Assembly: GCA_003554525.1 (NCBI GenBank)
Contig: PWGO01000004.1
Coordinates: 1 to 55,336, forward strand
Source of the DNA: Syntrophomonadaceae bacterium
GTDB lineage: Bacteria; Bacillota; Dethiobacteria; DTU022; PWGO01
DNA length: 55,336 nucleotides
Direction of reading: 5' to 3'
Part shown: piece after piece, positions 9,264 through 18,224 of the stretch
Layout of the letters: every line of letters starts with the position of its first letter
Position numbering within the stretch: the first letter of the stretch is position 1
Position numbers and translations under genes: made by a program
Notes under the pieces: generated by a model
Told to the model about the DNA's origin: nothing
Database searches by the model: none
What the model saw: the letters and a program-made list of their open reading frames with translations, nothing else

Positions 9264-10547
9264 TTAATTAACAAGATTTACTAACCCCAAAGAGATAGCT
9301 GGCACGTAGGTTATTAACAGGACCGTGGCCAGCCTTACCAGGAAAAACGGGGGAATATTCCGCAGAATTTTTTCTACCGGTGTCTTGGATATACCGGACA
9401 TGACATACATGTTCAATCCTACCGGAGGTGTTATTTGGGCGATCTCTATACAAGTGCAAAGCACCACGCCGAAGTGAATGGGGTTTACCCCTACGTGGGG
9501 CAGGATAGGATAAAGGATGGGGGCGGTAATCAACCCCAGGGAAATTCCGTCCAGGAAACACCCCAAAAGGATAAAAAACAGCATGGTTATGGTTAAAAAC
9601 ATATAGGGCCCCATGTCTGCAGCTGCTATGGCTTCGGAAAGGTAAATAGGTACCCTGGCGTAGGTGGCGGCATATCCGTATACCGTGGCGCCTACTACCA
9701 CGAACAGGACCATGGCGGTGCTCTGTGCGGATTCGTTTAATATTCTAAGGAGATCTTTAAAACCGATGGCCCGGTAAATAAACAACACGGCCAGAAAAGC
9801 ATACGCTGCTGCCGCAGCCGCTGCTTCTGTCGGGGTAAAAACGCCTCCGTAAATTCCGCCCAGGATAATAGCCGGCATCAGCAAGGCCCAAAAAGCCTGT
9901 AAGAAAGACTTTCCCCATTCTTTCAGGGTTGCCATTTTGCCTATGATTCCGTACTGATACTTGCGGGCTATAAAATAGGCCAGCAGGGCAATGCTTCCAG
10001 TTTCAATTAAGCCCGGAACAATGCCCGCCAGGAACAGCATGGGTATTGAAACCCCGGTTACCGCTCCAATTAGAATAAATACCAGGCTGGGAGGCAACAT
10101 GATTCCCAGGGCGCCTACCGTGGAAATTAAGGCGTTAGAAAAGCCTTCTTCGTAATTTTCCCTTCTTAATTCGGGGTACCCCACACTGCCCACGGCTGCA
10201 GTGCAGGCCACACTGGAGCCGGTTATGGCGCCAAAAATAGCTCCACTAAAGGTAAGGCCTATACTTTTACCCCCGTAAATGCTGCGGGTAGCCCCGCTCA
10301 TGAAATCCAGCAGGTACCTGGCCAGCTTTCCTTTAAGCATGATATTGCCCGCAAGAAGGAAAAATGGTATGGCCAGCATGGTAAAAGAGTTGATGCTGCC
10401 AAAAACCTGTTGAGGTATGAAAGTGGGGGAGGCAAGGTCAAACAGCAATATCCCGGCGGTTCCGGTTATTAAAAGCGCAAAACCAACCGGCACTCCCAAA
10501 ATTAAAAGCAACAGCAACAAACCGACAAAAACCAGGGCTGTTTCCAT
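9264..10547 (-). CDS. dctM: TRAP transporter large permease (DctM family)
   Basis: 427 aa, polytopic and hydrophobic. Length and sequence are typical of DctM, and it follows the DctQ and DctP genes. Confidence 0.9.
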   Translation of the reverse strand: METALVFVGLLLLLLILGVPVGFALLITGTAGILLFDLASPTFIPQQVFGSINSFTMLAIPFFLLAGNIMLKGKLARYLLDFMSGATRSIYGGKSIGLTFSGAIFGAITGSSVACTAAVGSVGYPELRRENYEEGFSNALISTVGALGIMLPPSLVFILIGAVTGVSIPMLFLAGIVPGLIETGSIALLAYFIARKYQYGIIGKMATLKEWGKSFLQAFWALLMPAIILGGIYGGVFTPTEAAAAAAAYAFLAVLFIYRAIGFKDLLRILNESAQSTAMVLFVVVGATVYGYAATYARVPIYLSEAIAAADMGPYMFLTITMLFFILLGCFLDGISLGLITAPILYPILPHVGVNPIHFGVVLCTCIEIAQITPPVGLNMYVMSGISKTPVEKILRNIPPFFLVRLATVLLITYVPAISLGLVNLVN

Positions 10548-10576
10548 TTATGGCACTCCTTTACTGTAATAGTTAA

Positions 10577-11188
10577 TTACATATCAACAACTTTTTCCTC
10601 TGTTCGGGCCTCTTCTTCTTGTTCTTCCGTTTTTGCTTCAACGGGCGTAGTAAACTCAAGCACCAGCATTTCACCCCCCCTTATGAAAAGAAGCAGTGCA
10701 CCGACGAATATGGCAAGGTGGGGAAGCCACAGGGGAAACCTTAGTGGGGTGGAAGAGCGCAGGCCCAGGTCTAAAGTGCTGGCGAAAAATTCGTAAGAAA
10801 TGTAGGTTAGAAGCAACCCAAACAGCATGAATATCAGGCGGTTTAAAACTACCACGATTTTTCCCGCTATACCGCGAAAAAAGCGGTAAAAAAAAGTCAT
10901 TTGCACGTGGTTGTTATACTTGTATACCAGGCTGAACCCGATCAGGGCCAACCACACCAGGATGTAGCGGTTAAATTCTTCGGCCCATACAGTAGAAGAC
11001 CTGAGGACGTAGCGCATGAAAACTTCGTATACAGCTATAAAGGTGGAAGCCCCCATCAACAGCGTTATAACGGCAATCTGCAGGTAATCGAGCTTATCCA
11101 GCAAGAATTTAAATATACCCGCAATTATTTTTATAAGGTAAACCAGCTTGTCAAGCAAGAATTTAAACAAACCCACAATTTTTTTCAT
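10577..11188 (-). CDS. dctQ: TRAP transporter small permease (DctQ family)
   Basis: The start is taken at ATG 11188 (MKKIVG...). The ORF-track extension to 11269 has no RBS and is not DctQ-like. A TTG at 11200, with GGAGGT 8 nt upstream, is an alternative start. Contains the typical ...EVFMRYVLR... segment. Confidence 0.7.
   Translation of the reverse strand: MKKIVGLFKFLLDKLVYLIKIIAGIFKFLLDKLDYLQIAVITLLMGASTFIAVYEVFMRYVLRSSTVWAEEFNRYILVWLALIGFSLVYKYNNHVQMTFFYRFFRGIAGKIVVVLNRLIFMLFGLLLTYISYEFFASTLDLGLRSSTPLRFPLWLPHLAIFVGALLLFIRGGEMLVLEFTTPVEAKTEEQEEEARTEEKVVDM
11081..11180. repeat. in-frame ~54-nt tandem duplication at the 5' end of dctQ
   Basis: Copy A (11081-11126) and copy B (11135-11180) align at roughly 37 of 46 positions. 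They encode KFLLDKL(V/D)YL twice. Confidence 0.8.
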
Positions 11189-11290
11189 GAATATTTTCAA
11201 GAGAATGTACCTCCTTTGGCCCCCTGGATTAAAACCGTGGGAAAAAAGCTGCAGGAGTGGTTGAAGCACCCCTGCAGCTTAAGCAAACCC

Positions 11291-12322
11291 CTAGTAACCA
11301 AATTCCTCTCTGGCTTCTTCCAGCTCTTGCATGATGTCTTCGCCAATCATATCCCGGTGTTCATCCCATACATCTTCACCGACTTCAATCCAGCGCTCCC
11401 TTTCCTCTTCCTCCAGGTGGTGGATTTCCATACCTTTTTCTTCCAGCTCATCTATGCAGCGCTGTTCATCTTTGATTACTTCTTCTCTCCATTCCCTGGT
11501 TTCTTCTACAATAATTTCTTCCATTAAATCACGGATGTCGTCGGGCAGGCCTTCCCACCAGTCAATATTTACGGTGTAGTTAATCAGGCAGTGCAGGTGG
11601 CGGCTCCGGGTCATGTAGTCCTGAAATTCCCAGTAACCCTGGTGCAGGAAAGAATCCGGGCCGGTCATGGCTCCGTCAATAACTCCCTGTTGCAGGGCGG
11701 TAGGTGCTTCAATGCCGGCGATAAATTCGGGTGATCCCCCCGCTGCTTCGATAAAGTCTCCCAGGACCGGGCCGTAGGCCCTCATCCGGATGCCTTCCAT
11801 ATCTTCCAGGGTAGTAATGGGATAGTCCGCGTTGGTAATGTCAATATACGAGTAGTCCATGGAGGCGATTACTCTGATGCCGTAATCTTCTAAAGGTCCA
11901 AAAGCCTTGTCGGGCACATCGGTTTCATCCAGAACGTGATACAGGACTTCCCTTTCCGGAAAAGCAAATGGGAGTTCAAAAACAGCTGGCTCGTCCGACA
12001 GGGCCAGCAGATAAGCGTTGACTACAGGAGTGATCTCTATGTCTCCTCTCTGTACCGCTTCTACTGCCGCGTCAGGCTCGTACAGCTGGGCTGCCGGGTA
12101 AATTTCAAACTGCACCTTGCCGTCGCTTTCTTCTTCAATTCTTTCTGCAATTTTCCGGTTCAGCCTGGCCGGGTGCAATTCATCAATGTAAGCGTAAGAC
12201 ATCCTAACTGTTATCGTATCATCGTCGCCTACTGCGTCACAGCCGGAAACAAACCACATGGAAGTCAAACCTAGCAAAACCGCCAGAAGCATTGTCAGGA
12301 GTGCTTTACCCCTCTTTTTCAT
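11291..12322 (-). CDS. dctP: TRAP transporter solute-binding lipoprotein (DctP family)
   Basis: 343 aa. Signal peptide with lipobox ...WFVSGC. AAGGAGG lies 8 nt upstream of the ATG. The C-terminal tail is acidic. It is followed by dctQ and dctM. Confidence 0.85.
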   Translation of the reverse strand: MKKRGKALLTMLLAVLLGLTSMWFVSGCDAVGDDDTITVRMSYAYIDELHPARLNRKIAERIEEESDGKVQFEIYPAAQLYEPDAAVEAVQRGDIEITPVVNAYLLALSDEPAVFELPFAFPEREVLYHVLDETDVPDKAFGPLEDYGIRVIASMDYSYIDITNADYPITTLEDMEGIRMRAYGPVLGDFIEAAGGSPEFIAGIEAPTALQQGVIDGAMTGPDSFLHQGYWEFQDYMTRSRHLHCLINYTVNIDWWEGLPDDIRDLMEEIIVEETREWREEVIKDEQRCIDELEEKGMEIHHLEEEERERWIEVGEDVWDEHRDMIGEDIMQELEEAREEFGY

Positions 12323-12485
12323 ACGGAAACCTCCTTAAAAATAAAAATGTAGTTTTAACCCTTTCAAAACTCTTTTACAAAAAAATCTTGCTAATAGAGG
12401 TTAAATTCTTATTTAACCACCCCATGTCAGGAAAATGCTGGTCGGGCAGGCACAGGTTCATAATTTTTTATTTAATTTTTAGAAG

Positions 12486-12501
12486 TGCAAATTTTGTGCC
12501 A
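12486..12501 (-). promoter_or_regulatory. sigma-54 -24/-12 promoter for the dctPQM / hydrolase / PrpD-PrpD operon
   Basis: The minus strand reads TGGCAC-AAAAT-TTGCA, an exact fit to TGGCAC-N5-TTGCW. It lies 164 nt upstream of the dctP ATG. Confidence 0.75.
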
Positions 12502-12996
12502 AAACTACTGGCCTCAAAATAAACTGGCAATTTTGATATTTAAAAAAGGTTAAAACTTTTTTTTTGGAGCCGGGCAACCGTCATATAGTTGATAGAAAGG
12601 TTATAAATTCAGTCAATCCGGGAGGGAAAAACAAAAATATAAAAAAAGGCTGCGGCTCAATAATTATTACCGGTGTCTAAATAATGTACAGCATTTTAAG
12701 CCAGTTTTTTAAGTTTTATTTTCAAGGGCGGAGTATTCGGGGGGATTATTTAACCCCGGTTACTGTGCATTTACCCTGTACAAAATTTAGACATGTTTCG
12801 CAACCCGACAGGTATGTTGTGTCGAAAAAACAGATATAAATTATTTTTCTAATATTTATATCTGTAGCTTCCAGCTTTGTAACTCCGGCTTTTAATATAA
12901 AAAGGGTTTTTAAGGGAAGGTGCTGACTGTGTTCCCGCCGGTTCCGTGCAATTGTAATTTTAACCTGTAAAGAGTGTTTTATAAAGCGGAATTATG

Positions 12997-13012
12997 TGGC
13001 ATATATTTTGCT
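12997..13012 (+). promoter_or_regulatory. sigma-54 -24/-12 promoter for the MFS transporter gene
   Basis: TGGCAT-ATATT-TTGCT, about 137 nt upstream of ATG 13150. It is divergent from the dctP promoter. Confidence 0.7.
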
Positions 13013-13149
13013 TGTCTTAATTATTATAGAAAAATTTTTATTAGTATAATAGGAGATATTTTGCAGTGGAACTGCCGGAGCTGGCGGTCCAATTAACATC
13101 ACCAGCGTTTACAGTAAAGCAAATAATCCAGTGAACAAGGGAGCCTAAA

Positions 13150-14382
13150 ATGAAAAACAAGGCGCAGGTGCTAATTATAATTTTTCTGGTTCATATTGTT
13201 GCTGCCACTATTCCTTTTGGTATTCCCCCTCTATCTCCTTTTATTTTAGAAGCCCTGGATATAACCAAGGCCGAGTTCGGGCTTTTCATGAGCCTGTTTT
13301 ATATGGGATTGATTCTATTATCTTTCGGCAGCGGATGGATTGTAGATTACCTGGGTATGGGGAAGTCTCTGTTTTTAGGAAAAATAATCCTGGTGATTTC
13401 CGTTAGCATGTTTTCCTTGATAAATCATTACTGGATCATGCTATTTTTTGCCCTGGTAATCGGTGTAGGTTACAGCTTTATTAACCCCGGGACAACAAAA
13501 GCGGTAATGTACTGGTTTCCGGTAAAACACAGGGGAGCCGCAATGGGTTTTAAGCAAACCGGGGTTACTGTGGGAAGTATGCTTGCAGCGTTTGTTTTGC
13601 CTTTCCTGGCTGTAAACCTGGGATGGAGAACGGCTTTACTGCTCATGTCTGTTCTGGCTTTTGTCATGGCTTTTGTATGCAGATTCAAGCTACAGGAGAA
13701 AGGTGATAATAGCCATAATAGCCATAATGAAAGGGATGCGGGCAGGGAAAACGGAGTCAATTTAAATTTAAAAGAAATTAAAGAACGCATCCTGTTTTCG
13801 CTGCGCCAGGTAGATTGCAGGCCTATTGTGGTAGTAAGCCTGCTTATAGGCATACTGGTATTTTCCCAGGCCTCTTTTATCACCTACCTGGTATTGTTTA
13901 TAAATGAAGAGCTGCTATTTCCCGTGGCTGTTTCCACAATAGCCCTGGGTATTGCCCAGGGAAGCGGTACCGCGGGAAGGGTGGCGTGGGGTTATATAAG
14001 TGACCGGGCGCTGAAGGGCAACCGGAAAAAGACTTTGTCTTTAATTGGGACAATAGCCGCCCTGGTTTTTGTATCTTTTTTATTTTTAACCCCTGATTCT
14101 CCTAACATAATTATTTACTTTCTGGCAGGCGCAGGGGGGTTTTCTATCTTGGGCTATAACGCTGTTTACCTTACCCTGATAGGCGAGCTGGCCGGTGAAG
14201 AAAACACGGGGATATCTAGCGGTTTAAGCATTTCCATAACCCACGCCGGTATTTTACTGGTAAACCCTTTGTTCGGGTATCTGGTAGATACCCTGGGAAC
14301 ATTTTACTATTCGTGGCTTTTTCTTTCCGTACTACTGTTTCTCGTTTCTGCTGCTTTTATCTGGATGGATCGAAAGCAGTGA
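13150..14382 (+). CDS. MFS-type transporter
   Basis: 410 aa. About 12 hydrophobic segments flank a central hydrophilic loop (...EKGDNSHNSHNERDAGRE...). GGGAG lies 7 nt upstream of the ATG. Confidence 0.85.
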   Translation: MKNKAQVLIIIFLVHIVAATIPFGIPPLSPFILEALDITKAEFGLFMSLFYMGLILLSFGSGWIVDYLGMGKSLFLGKIILVISVSMFSLINHYWIMLFFALVIGVGYSFINPGTTKAVMYWFPVKHRGAAMGFKQTGVTVGSMLAAFVLPFLAVNLGWRTALLLMSVLAFVMAFVCRFKLQEKGDNSHNSHNERDAGRENGVNLNLKEIKERILFSLRQVDCRPIVVVSLLIGILVFSQASFITYLVLFINEELLFPVAVSTIALGIAQGSGTAGRVAWGYISDRALKGNRKKTLSLIGTIAALVFVSFLFLTPDSPNIIIYFLAGAGGFSILGYNAVYLTLIGELAGEENTGISSGLSISITHAGILLVNPLFGYLVDTLGTFYYSWLFLSVLLFLVSAAFIWMDRKQ

Positions 14383-14670
14383 CCCGCAACTGTACATGTC
14401 CTGATATTGTACATACTTATCAAAATAAAACCGATGCTATGCAAGTTGAAAGCACAGTATGTACATAAAATAGACAGTTTCCTGCCAGGAGGAAACATGT
14501 TTACAGCAGGACTCGAACCAGTATTATTAATATGCAAAATCTAAAAGTTGGAGCATTACGCAATTTAATTATGGAAGCAACAGGGAAGCAAAGTCGTCCC
14601 GGGCAGATACAACAATAAATAAGAGTACATTTGGCTTTCTAAAATAATTTTATGACTGTAGAGATTGTGT

Positions 14671-14686
14671 TGGCATGTTATTTGCA
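14671..14686 (+). promoter_or_regulatory. sigma-54 -24/-12 promoter for the flavoprotein / CoA-synthetase / lyase operon
   Basis: TGGCAT-GTTAT-TTGCA, about 150 nt upstream of ATG 14837. Confidence 0.7.
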
Positions 14687-14836
14687 TTATTTAATATACA
14701 AAAGTCATCTGATAAGGCCAATCAAGAGCAGTAAATTGCCAGGTAGTTACATTTAGAAGGCTGGAAGAGCGACTAACAGATTAATTATTAATCAATCAAA
14801 AATATATTTATTTTAACAGAGGAGGTATTTAAAAGT

Positions 14837-16585
14837 ATGGTTGATTTAAACAGCCTGGTGGATGAGCGAAAATCAACAGATGTGCTGGTAGTAGGTGCGG
14901 GAGGAGCGGGAGCCAGAGCTGCAATAGCTGCCGCGGAAAACGGTTCCAGGGTTACAGTAGCTGTTAAAGATCTTTTTGGACACAGCGGTTGTACCCCGGT
15001 AGCCATGGGCGGGCATGCCGGGTATGTCGATTACCCGGGTGACAGCTGGATGGTTTATTTTACGGACACAGTAGTAGGTGGAGGTTTTTTAAACAATCAA
15101 AAGCTGGTTGAAGTATTAACCAAAGAAGGCAAACAGAGATTTTGTGAACTGGAAGACTGGTGTGCTGCTTTTGACCGGGATGAGGACAACAAAGTGTACC
15201 TCAGAAGATTCGGAGGACATACTTTCAACCGCAGTACTATAAGTGGAGACCGTACCGGACGTGAAATGATGTGGGCCCTTAAAAGGAAGTGTTTTCAAAA
15301 CGAGCTGGTGGAAGTAAAGGACGAAGTTTTTTTGACACGCCTTTTAGTTAAAGAGGGAAAAATAAACGGGGCCATAGGAGTAGATACCCGTAAAGGTACC
15401 GTTATACTGTTTGAATGCCCTACGGTTATTCTGGCCAGCGGGGGCAGCGGCAGGCTTTGGCCTATTACTTTTTCTACCAAAGGTAAAGTTGGGGACGGGC
15501 CATACCTTGCTTTTGAAGCCGGTGCAGAAGTCAGGGATATAGAGTTTTTCCAAATACATCCGACGGGCTGGCTATGGCCTCCGGCCATCAGGGGCCGGGT
15601 TGTTAGTGAAGGGGTTCGTGCTGATGGTGGTATTTTGCGAAATTGTAACGGGGAAAGATTTATGGAAAGGTACGACCCGCTTAAAAAAGAGCTGGCTACC
15701 AGGGATTACGTTTCCCGCTGCATATTTAAAGAGGTGCAGGAAGGCCGGGGAAGCGAACACGGCGGGGCCTACCTGGATGTAACGCATTTTCCGCCCGAGT
15801 TTATTGAAAGAAGATTAAGCTCCGTAATGGAAACTGGCCTGGTTGGGGGAGTGGATATTAGAAAAGAGATGTTTGAAATTATACCGGAGCATCATTATCA
15901 AAACGGCGGGGTTGATATTAACGAGTGGGCCGAGACCAGGATAGAAGGTCTTTACGCCTGCGGTGAAGCGGCCGGAGGAGTGCACGGCGGAAACCGCCTG
16001 GGAAGCAATTCGCTGCCAGACCTGCTGGTGTTTGGTGCCAGGTCGGGGGAAAGAGCCAGTGAATACGCTGCTTCAAACCAGCCTCCCGGCATAGATAAAA
16101 GCCAGGTTAAAGATGAAGTAGAAAAAATTACTGCACCCCTGCAGAACGACAGCGGCATTGATCCTTTTGAAATATCAAGGAAACTTCACCAGGTAATGTT
16201 TGAAGAGATGCATATAGCCCGCAATGAAAAGGGACTGAATAGGTGCTTAAATGATCTTGAAGAGGCGGAAGGTCAACTGGAAAAAATATCTGTTCCGGGG
16301 GGCTTGAGAGGAAACGAAGCCTGGGCTACTGCCATGGAACTGAGGCCACGGGTGACAGTGGGTAAAATGATGGTAAAAGCTTCACTGGAAAGAACGGAAA
16401 GCAGGTCCGCCCTTTTCCGGGAGGATTATCCCAAAATTAACCGGGAAGAGTGGGATAAGAATATACTGGTCAGGAAAGAAGACGGAAACGGCATGAAGCT
16501 TTATACCAAGCCTGTAGAAGTACTGCACCTTACGCCCCAACAGGTTAATCTGCCTTACTTCCCGGTTCCAGGGGAAGACAAGTAG
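14837..16585 (+). CDS. succinate dehydrogenase / fumarate reductase flavoprotein-like subunit (TfrA/SdhA-like)
   Basis: 582 aa. FAD fold VVGAGGAGARAAIAAAENG. GHSGCTPVAMGG aligns with the canonical RSHTVAAQGG. Also FQIHPTG, HHYQNGGV and GVHGGNRLGSNSLPDLLVFG. Confidence 0.85.
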   Translation: MVDLNSLVDERKSTDVLVVGAGGAGARAAIAAAENGSRVTVAVKDLFGHSGCTPVAMGGHAGYVDYPGDSWMVYFTDTVVGGGFLNNQKLVEVLTKEGKQRFCELEDWCAAFDRDEDNKVYLRRFGGHTFNRSTISGDRTGREMMWALKRKCFQNELVEVKDEVFLTRLLVKEGKINGAIGVDTRKGTVILFECPTVILASGGSGRLWPITFSTKGKVGDGPYLAFEAGAEVRDIEFFQIHPTGWLWPPAIRGRVVSEGVRADGGILRNCNGERFMERYDPLKKELATRDYVSRCIFKEVQEGRGSEHGGAYLDVTHFPPEFIERRLSSVMETGLVGGVDIRKEMFEIIPEHHYQNGGVDINEWAETRIEGLYACGEAAGGVHGGNRLGSNSLPDLLVFGARSGERASEYAASNQPPGIDKSQVKDEVEKITAPLQNDSGIDPFEISRKLHQVMFEEMHIARNEKGLNRCLNDLEEAEGQLEKISVPGGLRGNEAWATAMELRPRVTVGKMMVKASLERTESRSALFREDYPKINREEWDKNILVRKEDGNGMKLYTKPVEVLHLTPQQVNLPYFPVPGEDK

Positions 16586-16639
16586 GAGAAGTAATTAAAG
16601 AGTTAATTTATTTGATGAAAAGAAAAGGAGTGAAACCGC

Positions 16640-18178
16640 ATGGGTGAAACTATCAGAGTTGAGATTTTCAGGTTTGACCCGGAATCCGAAGCAAGTGGAA
16701 GTTTTAAGGAATATACCCTGGAAAAAGATGTCCCCGGGATGCGTATATTGATGGCTTTAAATGCTTTAAACCAGAAACAAGAAGCAAATATATCTTACCG
16801 GTTTTCCTGCGAAGAATGGCAGTGTGGTTCCTGTGCCATCCAGGTAAACGGGGTTCCCAAACTGGCTTGTAAGGAGGAAATACACGACGGGGACAGGTTG
16901 GAACCGCTCCCTGTCTTCCCGGTAATAAAAGACCTGATGGTTGATTTAAGTCAAAGCTTTGAAAAACACGTGGAGCTTGCGCGCCTTAAAGTAAAAGAAA
17001 CGGGGGATCCGCTGGATTACGATACCCAGTCCAGGCTGTGGGAAAGTATTAATTGCATGCAGTGTGATATATGTGTGGCTTCCTGTCCTATGATGTTAAC
17101 CACGGGAAATTCCTACAGTTACACGGGGCAGGAGTACATGATACAGCTATACCGCATGGAATTTGATCCCCGCTACGAAAGCGAAGCCTTGAGGAAAACT
17201 ATTGAAGATGGTCTGTGGGAATGCTTTACCTGCCGCCAGTGCGAAAACAATTGTCCCCAGAGGATACCGCTGACCAAAAACATGGTGGATCTGCGTTCGC
17301 GAGTAATGGAGAAAGATCCTACCCTGCTTCCTCCTACCATACGTGATTTAAACGAAAACCTGTTTAAGCACGGCAACGAATTTGGAGTTCCCAGGTTTAA
17401 GAGAACGGAATGGACAGGGGAGCTGGAAGTACCGCAGCTGCAGGACGGAGAAAAGGAATACCTTTATTTTGTAGGGTGTTCCGAATCTTCAGACCAGCTA
17501 AACCAGGCAGCTGCAAGGGCCATGGTTAACGTGCTAAACCGACTTCAAATTAGCTACGGTATACTGGGTGAGGAAGAAGTATGTGCCAGCGATGCGGCCC
17601 TGCAGACGGGAGAAGTTGATTTGTTCGAGGAGCTGGCCGAAACCAATATAAAAACTTTCAAGAAATACAATGTTTCCAGGGTGATTACTTCTTCTCCGCA
17701 CGTTTATCACATTATTAAAAACGAGTATCCACAGTACGGGGGAGAATATGAAGTCATGCATTACGTTCAGCTGCTGGAAAAAGCACTAAAGGAAGGAAAA
17801 CTTGAATTTAACCAATCTATTAACCAGACTGTCACTTATCATGATCCCTGCTTTTTAGGGCGTTACAATGAAATTTACGAAGCGCCGCGCAAAGTTTTGC
17901 AGGGCTTGCCCGGAGTAGAACTGGTAGAAATGGAGAAAAACAGGGAACAAGCCGAGTGCTGCGGCGGCGGAGGAGGTGGAATGTGGATGGAGATACCCCC
18001 CGGGGAGAGAGTTTCCGAGCGCCGGGTACAGCAGGCCGCTGATACCGGTGCAGGCGTCCTGGTAGTAGCTTGCCCGTGGTGCTGCAGCATGTTCGACGAC
18101 GCCATCAAGAATAAAGGCCTGGAAGAAAAATTGCAAGTTAAACACATCCTGGAGCTTATAGACGAGGCCTTGCAGTAG
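16640..18178 (+). CDS. iron-sulfur subunit: SdhB-like N-terminus fused to two CCG (heterodisulfide-reductase-type) domains (TfrB-like)
   Basis: 512 aa. CEEWQCGSCAIQVNGVPKLAC is 2Fe-2S-like. CMQCDICVASCP and CFTCRQCENNCP are 4Fe-4S motifs. The C-terminal half carries ...YFVGC... and ...ECCGGGGG...VACPWCCSMF. No membrane-anchor gene is adjacent. Confidence 0.8.
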   Translation: MGETIRVEIFRFDPESEASGSFKEYTLEKDVPGMRILMALNALNQKQEANISYRFSCEEWQCGSCAIQVNGVPKLACKEEIHDGDRLEPLPVFPVIKDLMVDLSQSFEKHVELARLKVKETGDPLDYDTQSRLWESINCMQCDICVASCPMMLTTGNSYSYTGQEYMIQLYRMEFDPRYESEALRKTIEDGLWECFTCRQCENNCPQRIPLTKNMVDLRSRVMEKDPTLLPPTIRDLNENLFKHGNEFGVPRFKRTEWTGELEVPQLQDGEKEYLYFVGCSESSDQLNQAAARAMVNVLNRLQISYGILGEEEVCASDAALQTGEVDLFEELAETNIKTFKKYNVSRVITSSPHVYHIIKNEYPQYGGEYEVMHYVQLLEKALKEGKLEFNQSINQTVTYHDPCFLGRYNEIYEAPRKVLQGLPGVELVEMEKNREQAECCGGGGGGMWMEIPPGERVSERRVQQAADTGAGVLVVACPWCCSMFDDAIKNKGLEEKLQVKHILELIDEALQ

Positions 18179-18224
18179 AAGATTTTTGATATGATTTTAA
18201 CTTGAGACAGGAGGTGTCTTTAGA

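Noticed and set aside
10901-11579. 208-aa plus-strand ORF and 82-aa ORF antisense to dctQ/dctP
   Set aside because: These are shadow ORFs opposite well-supported TRAP genes. The repetitive Ser/Phe/His-rich translations have no RBS.
12292-12522. 76-aa plus-strand ORF spanning the dctP start and the sigma-54 promoter region
   Set aside because: It overlaps the dctP RBS and start on the opposite strand as well as the promoter. The translation is AT-rich and Lys/Phe/Leu-heavy with no RBS. Regulatory DNA explains the region better.
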